Shown: in pieces, positions 28,154 through 43,088 of the stretch
Layout: every line of letters starts with the position of its first letter
Position numbering within the stretch: position 1 is the stretch's first letter
NCBI GenBank assembly: GCA_951406725.2
Contig: OX597825.1
Location: forward strand, 85,312,001-85,376,000
Origin: Octopus vulgaris
Taxonomy: Eukaryota
Direction: 5' to 3'
Length of the DNA stretch: 64,000 nt
Translations under genes and position numbers: made by a program
Notes under the pieces: generated by a model
Database searches by the model: none
The model's input: only the letters and a program-made list of their open reading frames with translations
Told to the model about the DNA's origin: nothing

Positions 28154-28932
28154 CAAAAATTCAAAAACTAGATTAGTGGGGATAAATATGTACAGTGATG
28201 GGTATGTAATCGTGAATTAAAATATGTAAAGAGATCAAAGTTGGTTATGCGTTTATATTTAGACGTGTTCTGTATTTTTGGATGAAATTTTTTTTTTCAT
28301 TTAAACGTTCTTGTAAAAAAATTGTATCTTAGCACTGGTAGAAAGGGGAAAACTGTGAAATTTGTTTTGATGTTACCTGCACATTTTTCTATGTGTACAC
28401 TTAAAGGTATTTGTCTGTATTACGGGAGCCGGATCTTCTCTTTATGTAAAGTGGTTTTCCGTCCCAATGTCATACTCGTCTGTCCTATATAGTGATGTCG
28501 ACAACCCGAGCAGGTTATTACATAAATTAGGTTCTCAGAGGCACAAGTGAAGTTGGTTTTAATTGTTGAACCTCTCTCCTTGTTTGGAAAGGAAATCCGA
28601 GCCTTCAAGTAGGTTGGGGCATGTTACACAGTTTGGGCGTCCACATCTTTTAACCGTTGGTTTTGTGGTTGTTGTGTAAAGCTTCGTATTTTTAGAAGTT
28701 TTTTTGGCGATTTGTGTTGCATTTTGCATTTGATGAGTTTATGTGCTTCCAGGATATTGTTCATTTTGGGGTCTCTGGTTTGTAATAGGAGGTTTTCCAC
28801 AATAGTGTCGTATGTCTCATTGTTTCTAAGGTTGTAGGTTGATATATACAGCAGTGTTTTGAGATGAGGTGTGGTTTTATGCTTTGTTGTTCTTAATGTT
28901 TCTATGTCTAATTTCTTGGCACGCTTAATGAC
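27910..28932 (-). mobile_element. Penelope-like retroelement 3' part: GIY-YIG endonuclease pseudogene plus downstream hammerhead relic
   Basis: NFTCASENLIYVITCSGCRHHYIGQTSMTL (LIY...CxxC...YIGQT, the Penelope GIY-YIG signature); frameshifted linker upstream; (TA)n flanks. Confidence 0.9.
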
Positions 28933-29020
28933 TATATATATATATATATATACCAACCCACATGCTTCTGTATCTATCTACGTATTTCATTAGTTATACT
29001 ACTTCACTAATCGATCTGCT

Positions 29021-29094
<74 letters not shown>

Positions 29095-29645
29095 ACACAT
29101 ATTCTCTCGTTTTATTCTTATTTCAACTGTAAAAAGTGTATTAAGAGTGTGTGTGTGTAATCTTTAACTGCACGACTGATATACGTATGCATTTATGTAT
29201 ATGCGTATAATATACATATGTATAATATATACATGCTTACACACACACGTGTGCTTATATATATATATATATATATAACCCATACTCATACACATATATA
29301 TGTATCCTATAACACAGAACTTCGTCGCCAAAGACGGTGGGGGTTGACGGCGTAGATTTTATACATGCCATCAACCTCCACTGTCCTACGCCCCACCCGC
29401 ACTCCCAGTATCTCCCCACATCCAAACACAACCTTTTATTAACTTATCTCGGTGGTATTATTTAACAGATGAAAACTTCTACAAGAGAACAGCTGAATCA
29501 AACTGAATACAAGGCAAAACCTCCTTACGTTGTATCAATCATCGCGAACGATCCCATGCATCAATGCAGCCGACATTTAACATATATTTTGCAGAAATAC
29601 ACATGTCAGGCGGTTGTTACTTTAATAAGCACAACACTAAGGACG

Positions 29646-29677
<32 letters not shown>

Positions 29678-29678
29678 C

Positions 29679-29722
<44 letters not shown>

Positions 29723-30254
29723 CATAGCGAAAGGTTAGAGTTGGTCTGTGAGACATTTATAATCACTTAAAACAAAAGTTAAATTCATTGATATTCACAG
29801 TTTTCCCATGACTGGATATCATAAATTTATGGCAGAACAGCTGCAGAAACCTTCCACACTAAACAATTTCTATGGTTCTTAATATATATTTGTCAACGAG
29901 CATCATTCAACCAAATATTTTGAAATTTGTCATTTTTCTAGCTGCCCTGTCCTTCTCAAAGGCTACAGATATTCATGATATTGTCATCACCAGACAAAAA
30001 TCAATCATTCGTCAAGCGACCAACAGAAATCTAGGCCGGTTTCATGATGAACAATCGGTTCCCAACACCTTTTCAATTCTCGCCTCCGACCCTGGGATGA
30101 TCAATGCTGTTTATGTTCAATGGGAATAGCTGTGGGAAAGGATTCATAAATATATGAGACCTCATCCATAGAGCCAATGCAAAACTACAGTCAGTCTACG
30201 ACCCAGGAGAATTGTATTGTTCTATGATTAGAAAAGAGACTGAAAAACAGTTTT

Positions 30255-31717
30255 CACTTTCAAGTGTTCCTACAATCACTGGTATTGTAACCGTCTTGAG
30301 ATGCCACATCTTTTCGATTTCGATTAGCAAATCTTTATATCTTCTGAGTTTATCAAATTCTTTTGCCGAGATATTATGGTCACGGGGTATGATCATGTCA
30401 ATCAATAAACAGACTTTATTGTTTTGGTCTTTCACAACAATATCTGGTTTGTTTGTTTTGATGGTCCGATCTTTACATTCTGGGAAGTCCCAAAGAATAG
30501 TTACATTTTCTCCCTCCGTTACAGGTGATGCTTGTACCATTTATCAGCAGTTTTGATTTTGTAATGCCAACACATTATCCAGTATAGATATTGGCCAACT
30601 CTGCCATGGCTAACACTGATTTGTATTCTACAGGTACTAAAACTAAAACACTGTTTCTGTTCCATCGTTGCAGTATCGGCACTTTGGGTCTACAACATTT
30701 TTCATCACATTGGCTTGATAGTTTCGAGTCAATAAGCTCTGATCTTGGGCAGCCAAGATAAGGCCTTTACTTTCTGCTTTTAACCCTGAGCTCTGTACCT
30801 ACTGATGGGTGTGCTTCTGGTCTACATCAGCTTGTTTTCTACAGGCCACATATTTGCCATGCAGAGGTTTTTGTTCCCACCTATCAACCAATGTTCAAAC
30901 GCATTTTGCTTTGCTATTGATTTCACCTTCTTTGCAACTACAGTTGCTTCACTTCCCTCATGCTGTTCAACCTGGGTATTTTGCATAAACTCACTTGAAA
31001 ATATTTTGCTCTCCTTCATAACAGACTGAAGTTTCTTACGTCTTTCATGCTTTTCAACGAGATTTAGTATCCAATCGATAAATGTTTCAAGATATTTTGC
31101 AAATCCAATTGAGGTGGTTTTGTAGGCGATTTCAAATTGGGTCAAGCCTCGACCTTCTTGAGCTCTGGGTCGGTAAAGATGATCTGCGTCTGCCTTTGGG
31201 TGGTGCATCTTATTGCAAGTCAGCAGCTTACGGATTTTCCTGTCAATCTCCCTTGTTTCGCTTATATTCCAGTTCAACACATTGAAACTGTAAATAACAA
31301 CCGGAAATGCTAAGGAATTTATAACTAACACCTTGTTACGTGCATTTAACTCATATTTCAGAACTGCTCGAACTCTCCTGTAACACTTCTTCCTGATCTT
31401 CTCTTTCATACTCACATGCTGAATGCCAGAACCCTCATTTATTCCGGGGTATTTGTAAGTTTCTTCTCGCTCGAGTTCTTTTATGACTGTGTCAACATCC
31501 CCAACACCACTGAATGTGAGGTCTTCAGTTTCCCTTTCGGGAAAGCGTCCTTGGCACATTTATCAAGGCCAAATTCCATCGCCATATCATCACTAAATGT
31601 TTTCACTGTGCGTAGTAGGCCTTCAAGCTCATTATCGTCTTTGCCTTAGAGTTTTAAGTCATCCATATAAAATAGATGACTTATTTTCTTGTCACCAATT
31701 TTATATCCATACCCTGT

Positions 31718-31718
<1 letters not shown>
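30255..31718 (-). mobile_element. R4/Dong-clade non-LTR retrotransposon fragment (RT C-half, partial zinc knuckle, REL endonuclease), pseudogenised
   Basis: ISHLFYMDDLKL, MEFGLDKCAK, YKYPGI, MHHPKADADHLYRPRAQEGRGL, AAQDQSL...KCRYC, ILWDF...NKPDIVVKD...LLIDM...EFDKLRRYKDL; 5' break abuts (TAA)n. Confidence 0.92.
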
Positions 31719-31959
<241 letters not shown>

Positions 31960-32306
31960 AACTCAACCTTAGCAAAGGCAGAGGTATTGTTTTCAGTCAG
32001 GTTTATTTGTTTGTTTGTCCGTGAACAAGATACCTCAAGAACTGCTGGATGGATTCGGATGAGACTTTCAGGGATGTTTGGCTTCATAACTGGCACGAAC
32101 TGAATATCAGAGAAGGATTCTGGATTATTTTTCCTGTCTTTTTTACTCAATTTTTGAGAGCGGTTGGGTCCATTTCTTGTATTCTCGTTTGTGAGAGCAG
32201 TTGAGATTATTTCAGATATTCTCATTTTAAAAATCATCTCTGGCTAATCGCTGAGAGGATGCTAGTGTTGCCTTGGCGGAGGTTTGTGCTCTCTGAGTGC
32301 TCTTGT
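31960..32306 (+). mobile_element. Non-autonomous Helentron-type (HINE/DINE-like) element
   Basis: Sub-terminal inverted repeats aaccttagcaaaggca / tgccttggcggaggtt, (gttt)n tract, 3' stem-loop gtgctctctgagtgc, T-rich flanks. Confidence 0.65.
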
Positions 32307-32855
32307 TATTATTATTACAAGAATTATATCCTACAATCAACAGACACATTTGTCCAATTCCAAGCAAAATCAAAATCGTCAGTATCCCTATCGTTATTTG
32401 AGAGCAAAATCCAAACCAGGACTCATTGCATTCACGTATCCAAAGCAAATAAATGCATCTTCTTTCATTCTTTCATTTTGTAAGTTGATTTTTCTTTCTC
32501 TCTCTTATTTTCTTCTTCTTTTGATTTTCTTTCTTTCAAATCCTCTCCTGCTAACACTCATACGGCGAGGTCGACAGGAGTGACTATCGTTACAACTATT
32601 CTTATGGATCCTTGGCCCAGCCCTTTTCTATACAGGAAAGTATATCAGCGTGTGTTCCCTAATCCTACAATTGGAAACTCTCCCCGGAACGAAATTTCAG
32701 TCCGCTGCTGATGGAGCGACTTCTTTCAGGACAAAATACGATTTTGACTACATTCTAATAAGTACACCCCGTGAATTAAGAACATTTACAAACACACAAG
32801 AAACCACACGCACACAGAGACAGACAGAAACACACACACACACACACATTAATAC

Positions 32856-32947
<92 letters not shown>

Positions 32948-33150
32948 TATAAATACATAAATATGTGTGTATATATGAACTTATATGTATCCACAGGTGC
33001 GTGCTTGTGTATGTATATATGCATGGAAATATGAATGTGTTTATACATATGCAAAAATTGTATATACATGTCTATACACATAGATATACAGATATATATG
33101 TTTGTGCGTGTGAATTGATGGACATCAGATCGTGGGGAAACAGATATATG

Positions 33151-33189
<39 letters not shown>

Positions 33190-34547
33190 CCGTTTCTGTA
33201 TATATCTGTGTGTGTATGTGCGTGTGAATGTGTGTGTATGTGTGTGTATGTAAATCGGTATGTTTTTCTATGAGAGTATGTGTGTGTGTGTCTGTGTGTG
33301 TCTGTGTGTGTCTGTGTGTGTCGGTGAGAAAAGGTGAGGGCCATGTTGGTGTTTTCCTTTTGCGTGAATGATTTGAAAATATAACAAACTGATTCAGGAA
33401 AGGTCATGTTATAGACTTCGAAACTGAAGAGAAACCACTCCAATACATTCATTTTGTTGACATCTTTAAAGATTTCATTTCAAAATTGTCGTCCATTGCT
33501 TTAGGAGTGCTAGGTGGTCTGTTAGTTAATTATAAACGGTTGTCTGGGAACTCGCTTCATCATAGCTACATACTAACTTACAATTGATTTATCGATCTAC
33601 TTCAGAATTTCTATCAGAACACTACCAGTTGGTGGCATACCAATATATATTTATGTTTATGAGTGCTTGCATATATTTTATTAATGTGTATATATATAAA
33701 TATATTTATATATTTATTATAAGTATCTATGTATGTATGGGTGCAATAATATATACAATGTATATGTATATATATATATATATATATATACATGCAAACA
33801 TACATAACTACAAAGATATACCGGAATACACATTCATATGTGCATATATATATATATGTATGTGTGTGTGTGTGTATTCATATGTGTGTATATATATGCA
33901 TATATAATATATTTGTTGTAGCATGTGCCTATGTATGCAACAATATATACACTATATATGTATATATACATCTACATATATATATAAGTTTCTGTATATA
34001 TATATGTATGCGTGTGCGTATTTAGATACAGATATACATATGTATAAATTGATACGTGTCCCTGTATAATATTTATACATATTATACAAGTATATGCTTA
34101 TATAAATGTAAGTGCTTTCTGTGTATATGTGCGTATTTATGTATGCATTCATTAAATGTGCTTATCTACAAAGATTATTGAATGGAATGAACTCAATTCT
34201 AGAAGTAGAGCATTTCAGCGAATAATATAGTCAAATTCAGCAATATTAGTTGGGTTTTTGCTGGGTTTTTTTTATATTTCTTTTTAAGCATTTTTTGGAA
34301 TTGTTTTTATATAAGAGATTGATTAGACTCTGACATGGACTGAATTTTGGAGACTCTATGGCTTTACAAGAGAATAGAAAAAATTAGAGCAAAATATTTG
34401 ATAAATAGCATTATACATCGTGACAAAGTGAGATGAGGAAAAGTTTGAAATATTTATATAAGCGACTGTTGACAGAAATGAACTAAATTTGAACTCCTTG
34501 TTTGTGCACCAAATACTTTCCAAAGCTCCCTAATATAAACAACAGCT

Positions 34548-35035
34548 ATTTGTTTAGAATGAAGGGCAAGAGAGTGAGTTGACAGTTCATGGCTGGGTAT
34601 GGTCCTATAAGTATTGTCATATGTATCCCTTTTCTTCATGGTGTGTGTAAATTGTGTTTATAGCTATTGTTGCTAAAGTTTATAATGAAGTCCGGTAAAC
34701 TGTTGCCTTATTTGTCAGTGGCTTTTAAAACGTTTAGTTTCCGAATGATTAAGACAGTGACTATGGTAGAGACTGGTTTGTCCACTCAGCACCTATCTCA
34801 CTGTAGCTAAGAATAGACTACACTTCCAAGAATAGCATGAAGCCCACTGGAGTCATAGATTATAAAGGATTGCGGTTCATTTCTAATTTATTTGTCTTTG
34901 TAACAACTACTAAATCTAAGACTGAATCTAAGACTAGAGGACTGCGTCTGTTTAGAATGAAGGGCAAGAGAGTGAGTTGACAGCTCATGGCTAGGTTTGG
35001 TCATAAGTATTGTCATATGTATCCATTTTCTTCAG
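34548..35035 (+). repeat. ~88-bp direct repeat pair ~400 bp apart
   Basis: tgtttagaatgaagggcaagagagtgagttgacag...aagtattgtcatatgtatcc at ~34551 and ~34949. Confidence 0.85.
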
Positions 35036-35355
35036 GGAGGGAAGAAGACATTAGGAGTAACAAATTGGATATAGAGTAACTGCCTATAAAAGGAGGCTGG
35101 GTAGGTGAAGACTCTAAATCAGGATGTTTATTACTAGTTAAAGGGGCAAGATGCTAATAAAACCTAGAAAGAGAGAGAGAGAGAGGGACTAGCAGGTAAT
35201 TTCTCAAGATAAACATGCATACAAACATGCATGTGTCACTATGATAGCGTGTTGCTCTTTCATTCAGTAATAACATACACACACACACACATATATATTT
35301 ATATATGTAAACATACATACATATGTCACTATGAAGACGTGGTGCTCTCTCACTC

Positions 35356-35416
<61 letters not shown>

Positions 35417-35439
35417 GTATATATATATATATATGTATA

Positions 35440-35805
35440 TACTCTTTTACTCTTTTTTTCTTTTACTTGTTTCAGTCATTTGACTGCGCATGCTGGAGCA
35501 CCACCTTTTAGTACTTATTCTATCGGTCTCTTTTTGCCGAACCGCTAAGTGACGGGGACGTAAACACACCAGCATCGATTGTCAAGCAATGCTAGGGGGA
35601 CAAACACAGACACACAAACACACACACATATACATATATATACATATATACGACAGGCTTCTTTCAGTTTCCGTCTACCAAATCCACTCACAAGGCATTG
35701 GTCGGCCCGGGGCTATAGCAGAAGACACTTGCCCAAGATGCCACGCAGTGGGACTGAACCCGCAACCGTGTGGTTGGTTAGCAAGCTACTTACCACACAG
35801 CCACA
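35440..35805 (-). mobile_element. Near full-length SINE family B
   Basis: Tail cttttacttgtttcagtcatttgactg through head cttaccacacagccac. Confidence 0.9.
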
Positions 35806-35807
35806 TG

Positions 35808-35842
<35 letters not shown>

Positions 35843-35918
35843 ATACATACATACATACATATATATACATACAAACATATACAAATATATGTGTATATAT
35901 GCACAAAGTTATACATAC

Positions 35919-35950
<32 letters not shown>

Positions 35951-37087
35951 GCATACAAATATATATGTGTATGTGTGTAAACATGCATACAAATATGCAC
36001 ACATATGTCACTATGATGGCGTGCTGCTCTTTCATTCAATAATATATATATATATATTTGTACGCATGTATATATATATATATATATATATATACATGCA
36101 TACAAATATATGTGTGCGTGTGTGTTTGCATTTGTGCATTTAGTTCCCTATATTTTTTTTTACAGTCTTCTTTCTAATTACAGTTTAGAGTCATCATCAC
36201 AGATACCATTCCAATTCCAGGTTCTTTTATCTCAGTTTTGGTTATCATATTCCAGAGATGTTTGTTTGTCTCTTCCCGTTGTTACACTTTACCGATTCAG
36301 TTTTTTCCTTTCCTTTTTTTCTTTCTTTTTTATAATTTTTGCTTTCTGTTGTTGTTTTTTGGGTTTTTTTTTACTCTCAGATAATGAAGATTTACGTTGA
36401 TATATATATTCTTTTGCACTGCTTTTCCAAAACATCTCTCTGTGATAAAACAACAATGAAATAAAACAGAGATATAGGAAACCAATAGTTTTCATAAAAC
36501 GGAATTGGATTATTATTTCTATTTATTTAATTACTTCTTTTTTTGTTTATTTTATTTTATATTATTTTTTACAGTTTCTGCTGTGAAAGAAATACAAAAA
36601 ACGTCAAATAATCCAGAATTACTGAATGAAATAAAAAAATCAAATGTGACTCATTTTACGCAATACGCAATCTCACACATACCACACACATACCACACAC
36701 ATACCACACACATACACACATACATACCACACACATACACACATACACACATACATACCACACACATACATAGACACATACACACATAGACACATGTACT
36801 TTTGGGTATCTGCTTTTTTAATTTCCTTGTATTCTCAGGTCAAATGCTGATAGCAAACAGTGCCGAAGGTATTAGGGTTTCGGGGCATCTTGATCCAACA
36901 AACATGGGACTTTCCCAGCTGTGTGAATGGAGGGAAATTATCCCAATTTGCAATTAGCCGATGTACCCAAATTTTTAATTCATCACCATGTATAGTAAAT
37001 GATATTATAACTCGACCTCGTTTATTGTATATATATTATATACGATTTCGCAGTCTGTATTATAGGTGCATGTATGCATTTATACGT

Positions 37088-37146
<59 letters not shown>

Positions 37147-37149
<3 letters not shown>

Positions 37150-37323
37150 AGAGCTTACGAAAAAAGCAAGAGACGAAGACAGGTGGTGTACAAAACAAAC
37201 AGATGTATTAGTATAACGCTCAGGAATTGAAAAAGTCTTTTACGTTTCGAGCCTACGCTCTTCTACAGAAAAAACAAGGAGAGAGAAAAGAAATGTGTGT
37301 AGTGGCTAACGATCTATCATGAC

Positions 37324-37325
<2 letters not shown>
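37147..37325 (-). mobile_element. Penelope-like pLTR fragment in (TA)n with a hammerhead-like motif
   Basis: Minus strand: tttt-CTGTAGA-agagcgtaggctc-GAAAC-GTA-aaag; homologous to 47676-47850 and 50262-50500. Confidence 0.6.
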
Positions 37326-37362
<37 letters not shown>

Positions 37363-37451
37363 CAAGCAATCCTCAATCTTAAATGTTTTGTAACCCATTT
37401 TATACACGTTTTTTTGCACGAAATGTTTTCGTCCTTGCGGTAGTAGTAGTG

Positions 37452-37483
<32 letters not shown>

Positions 37484-37487
37484 GGTG

Positions 37488-37556
<69 letters not shown>

Positions 37557-38137
37557 ATTGTTGCTGTTGTTCTTGTTATTGTTACTGACACTTTTGTAAC
37601 AAACGTTGTGTTTGTGCGTACGTGTGTGTGCGTGTGTGTGTGTGTGTGTGTGCGTGTGTGTGTATGTGTGTATGTGTTTGTGTGTGTGTGTGTGTGTGTC
37701 TGTGTATGACTTCTTGTATGCCTTCTGCTACACACTTCTGCATTCATCTTATCTCCCGAGCACATCTCATGTAGATTCTTTACTCAACGTAAATAAATAA
37801 AACTCGTTTAAACTTGCGTGTTGCACTCAGTTTTAATTTCTCTGGAGTTGATATCTCCTTTTTAAAATTTAATTTCGTTTTCAGCTTTCACATTTTTTCC
37901 GTTGTATTCCATCGCTGATTGAACGTAAGAATATCTGCAAAAGATATGTGTCTTACCATTATTTTAAAAAGGTGACATTTAATAATAAGACACAGAGGCG
38001 GGAGGAGAGGCGGGTTCGATAGGTGGACAAATTGATGCTGCACTTTGGCGGAGAATATTTCTTTTCGTTAGAGGCAAAACCGAAATCGTTTGGTAAAGAA
38101 TTATGGCTTTCTAATATATTCGGACTCTTTTAGTATA

Positions 38138-38190
<53 letters not shown>

Positions 38191-38324
38191 GTTGGACTCC
38201 TTATTCTCATAATCACCGAACATGGAGCTTAACTATGGTCTGTCCATAGCACTTACTCAGCATTACCTGACACCTTTGGGTCTTATTGACACCATTACCT
38301 CTCATAACCTATATATATATATAT

Positions 38325-38368
<44 letters not shown>

Positions 38369-38520
38369 CCGTGTAATTTCTGAAAAACATCCAGTTAAGC
38401 CATCCGTCCGATGATGGCTTAATTGACCGAAACTTCGAAGTTACTGTTATGATATTCTTTATGAGAATAATAGATGTATATTTATATACATATATATACA
38501 TATATACATAAATATATATG

Positions 38521-38573
<53 letters not shown>

Positions 38574-38587
38574 GTATACATATATAC

Positions 38588-38680
<93 letters not shown>

Positions 38681-39058
38681 ATATATATATACATACATAT
38701 ATTATGTTTGGTGGTTTAGAGAATCTGTTCCAGAGTTGAATTACAAATCGATTGCTGTATGTTCGTATATCAGAATTCTTTAGATTTGATGGCACCGTAA
38801 TTTCCATAATAGATGACGAGTTACAGTTAACAACAGCAGCGAAAGAAACAACAGCGTTGTCCACGATGACGATGACGATGACGACGACGACGAAGACATC
38901 AAGAGGGGGGGGTGTTATTTTCACTGAAATATGTGACTAATAAAAAGGATATTGTTATATTGTCGTTGAAGTTCTTTGAAACAGAAATTGTAAAGTGATT
39001 GGAAGATATGGTTCAGTTTAGAGGGAAGATGTGAGATTTGGTAACCCAGAGATAGATA

Positions 39059-39102
<44 letters not shown>

Positions 39103-40717
39103 AAGGAGAACACAAATATTAATTTTCAGAAAAACGTATTGCTGTTATCTCCAACATCTTGTAATGTAAAGTAACCGAATATTAACGACGAGAAAATAGC
39201 CTAATATTAAAGAACTGCTCTATCTTACATTGATTGTGTAGAATGCCCGAAAGTGATGTTTATACGAAAGACTTTGACTAACTACTGCCATCTGATGTCG
39301 GAAAATATTGGAGAATTGATGATGGGAAATTGTAAAATCGATGAAACCACCTCATCGTTGAAGATTGTCAAAATTGGTATATTTATTTAGTTGCATCTGC
39401 GGAAGTTATGAAGAGGTGGGTAGGAAAGAGAGCTAAATGATTGCTTAATATTGGATGTGAGATGAAGAGAGCTACAATTGGTTGAATCGATGAGGGACTT
39501 TTCATTTGAGATCGTGTCACTAGCATTTTGATGAGGTGTAATAGAGAAAGACCCTTAATGATCGAGTCTATAAAGGGAGATATCAAAGGAATCCTATGAA
39601 TGATCAAGAGAACGGCTTGTGGTATTTGTTTCTTACTCTATATGTTCTGAGTTCAAATTTCACCTTCTTAACTATGGTTGGTGAAATTCCAAGGTTAATG
39701 AAATTGGTAACATGCAAATACTGGAGAAATCGAGAGGACAGTTTTTCGTCTCCTTTCTCCTCTCTCTCTCTCTCTCTCCCTCTCTCTTTCTATCTATCTA
39801 TCTATCTTTATCTCTATCAATCAATCAATCAATATATCTATCTATTTATTTATCTGTCTCTAGAACTGATGCCACTCTGGTTTAATTGTACACCAAGATC
39901 TACTTCTATCACCAGGACGAAATCCGTCGAAATCCGCACGAAATCCGTCCATGCAGACACCATCGGACCAGAAAGACATCTGTAGACCTCCTCTCAATTC
40001 TTGAACCCCAACCCCGATCATTTATTCTAAATTGTGATCATCATGAAGCCTCGATACAACTTACGAAAATCACTGAAGACTCCATAAATTAAATATTTTA
40101 TTGATCATTTAATGCCAACGCACAGAGTTCTGACCATACATAATGCATTGTGCCGACATTTCCAAACGTCCACGTCGTAGAACACAACCAAATGATGATA
40201 ATTCCACTGCTTCGTAGAGATCCACGCACTAACACCCACCAGTTTTATATTCCATCATACTACAACAACCGCTGCACTTCAACAGTAACCGCTGCCTATA
40301 CACACACATCGTAAAACTGCATCCAAATGAAGACCACGTGGCTGATTGATTCACAATCATTCGCAGGTGCCACCGGACACAGGGCCATTCGCAGGCACCA
40401 CCAGACTCTGGCCCATTCGCGCGCTGTCTTACAGCTCTTCTTTTTCTACATTTATTATAATAGCCCCTGTTCCTTGGAGATTACCGATGTTGTGCCTCCT
40501 TCATCCATCCACTCCTGACTCGTCCAGCTATTCTCCTTTTCTCACCCTTGTATTAACACTCAGGCGCCGCAATAACTACGACTTCCTCTTGTTCCTTTCC
40601 ATTACATGACCCCTACTAGAATTTTTTCCTCGCTCATTTCTTTCTTGTAGGTGTTGACTTGCCATAGTTTAAACCGAACATTAACGGAATCAATCTTCCT
40701 GATCTCAAAGAGTCTGC

Positions 40718-40868
<151 letters not shown>

Positions 40869-41599
40869 GATCTTCCAGAAACACAAAGTAAAAAGAAAAG
40901 AACTAGCTCCAGCCAACCCACTTATGGCTACTACTCCTCTGTAGCTCTCTTCATGTCTCACCTCCAACACATCGCACTAAACACTTCACTCGATCTATTC
41001 ATTCCCAAGGACATAACCATCCCAACTTCCCACCCCATCATCATTCTGTTCCCGAAAACATTAAACAGCAATTAAAAACCTCCAAGGCAAACATAAACCT
41101 CCTCCAGACTTCCTCGTCTAGAATATTCTACAAATGTCAACGTTACACGTCCTCCTAAACCCCCAAAATTTATTTAACACCTAACTAAATCAATTTATAA
41201 ATACTGACAAAATTTTACAAAATATAAAAAATTAACAAGCAAAAACTTAATAAATTTCTTTCCTAAATTATATTTTTTTAAACTTTCTTCTATAAAAAAA
41301 CATGAATAAATGAAATTAATTTTTCTCTCTTTACTAGATTTGCCATCGGCGTGACAAGATATCTTTAGATGTCGCATTAAATATGTTGGGGCGATTTTTT
41401 CCAATTAATTATGAAGATATAAACTATACAGTTGCCTAATTAATCACAACGTTTCCAGCCTCCACAAAATTTAGAGCAAAATTTCACAAAATAAAACAGA
41501 TTTCTTTTCTTTTTTCTGTTACAATTAGTTTTTCTTCCTTCTTTACATTTAACTTTCCACTCGTTGCTGTTGTTCCTCTTCTTCTTCTTCTTCTTCTTC

Positions 41600-41651
<52 letters not shown>

Positions 41652-41652
<1 letters not shown>

Positions 41653-42177
41653 GAGTGAGAGAGCAGTACATGTCAGCAAAGTGACACTGGGGTAAAATAT
41701 ACGAAGCCCAGTATACTCATCATGACTACCCGTCTAATGGCACATGCATATGTGCGCGACATGATGTTCTCATATCAAGATAAACGGCGCATGACCTTGC
41801 AGGTGCGACCCAGTTAGAATTTTCTTCTGGTCGAGTAGCCCATCCTGCTTAAAAGATCCCTGAATAAGGGTTGTTTAAGGATGTTGAACGAACCACCCGT
41901 GTTTCCAAATGTGAATTATCCAATTATCCTTTCAACACGCGGCTATGATGCTCCCCCACTACTTCTACTCGTGATCAGAGATACACGTATCGTGAGCCAC
42001 TCAGGGACATGATCAACTGGTTAAGGTCAAACAACTGACAAGCAAATCTGTGGTATTGAGCAGAATATTTGTTGTAGCCCATCTTTTATACCAAGACAAA
42101 ACAATGTACATGATAACACTTCCCAATCAGTTAAGATCAGGAGCCATGAAAGCCACTATTTGGTTCTGCATCAGGGC

Positions 42178-42180
<3 letters not shown>
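41652..42180. mobile_element. ~530-bp non-coding element inserted in (TTA)n; possible non-autonomous Dong/R4 partner
   Basis: Complex sequence bounded on both sides by (tta)n, with no ORF. Confidence 0.5.
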
Positions 42181-42211
<31 letters not shown>

Positions 42212-42212
42212 G

Positions 42213-42263
<51 letters not shown>

Positions 42264-42517
42264 GAAAACTCACAGTTCATTTTGATGGGTATGATAGACA
42301 GTGCCAACTGTCCACAGCCAGCAGACTTAGGTGACGCTTGTTTAAAGATCAGGCTTCAAGAAGCCTGCGAAGAATTCTTGCAGTTCTAATCTTTACATTT
42401 TACCAGTCTTTTTGAGCCATGTTGGTAGTTGTGAGCTAATACTTCCTCGTGCGCCAATCATTGTTATTATTATTATTACTATTATTATTATTATTATTAT
42501 TATTATTGTTATTATTA

Positions 42518-42564
<47 letters not shown>

Positions 42565-42924
42565 CATTATTATCATCATCATCATCATCATCATCATCAT
42601 CGTCGTCGTCGTCACCAGTACCATGCGATTTCAGCTAGCTGATCTAATGCAACACCGTGTTCGTATTCTTTCAGTGAAGCACATTTCCAGTTTGTGCTTC
42701 ACCGTTTCCTTGTATACATGACGGGAATCGGTTGTCAGCAGGAAATCTTTGACACCCGACAAGTAGCTAAATTGAATAGTGTGAAAGTAGCTTGGAGAAT
42801 CAGGTAAAATACCCTTACAAACGGAAGAAATTGGCCAGAGCAAGCTGCTAAAGAGAATCGTACTCCAGAAGTTCAGAAATCGACGGAGATGCCATTTATG
42901 CAAAGATATGTGCAAATAAAACCA

Positions 42925-43002
42925 TTGCTTATTTCATTCGTTCGGCTGCGGCCATGCTGGGGCACTGCTTTGAAGACTTCTTAATCGAATGAATTGACTC
43001 TC

Positions 43003-43036
<34 letters not shown>

Positions 43037-43052
43037 TACACACACGCATAAA

Positions 43053-43088
<36 letters not shown>

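Noticed and set aside
29466-29640. Acceptor-like tttaacag followed by ORF MKTSTREQ...
   Set aside because: No good donor, the ORF runs into (GT)n, and no recognisable homology.
39290-40620. Possible decayed LINE ORF1/ORF2 pieces and a triple cgaaatccg repeat
   Set aside because: Too degenerate to assign by eye.
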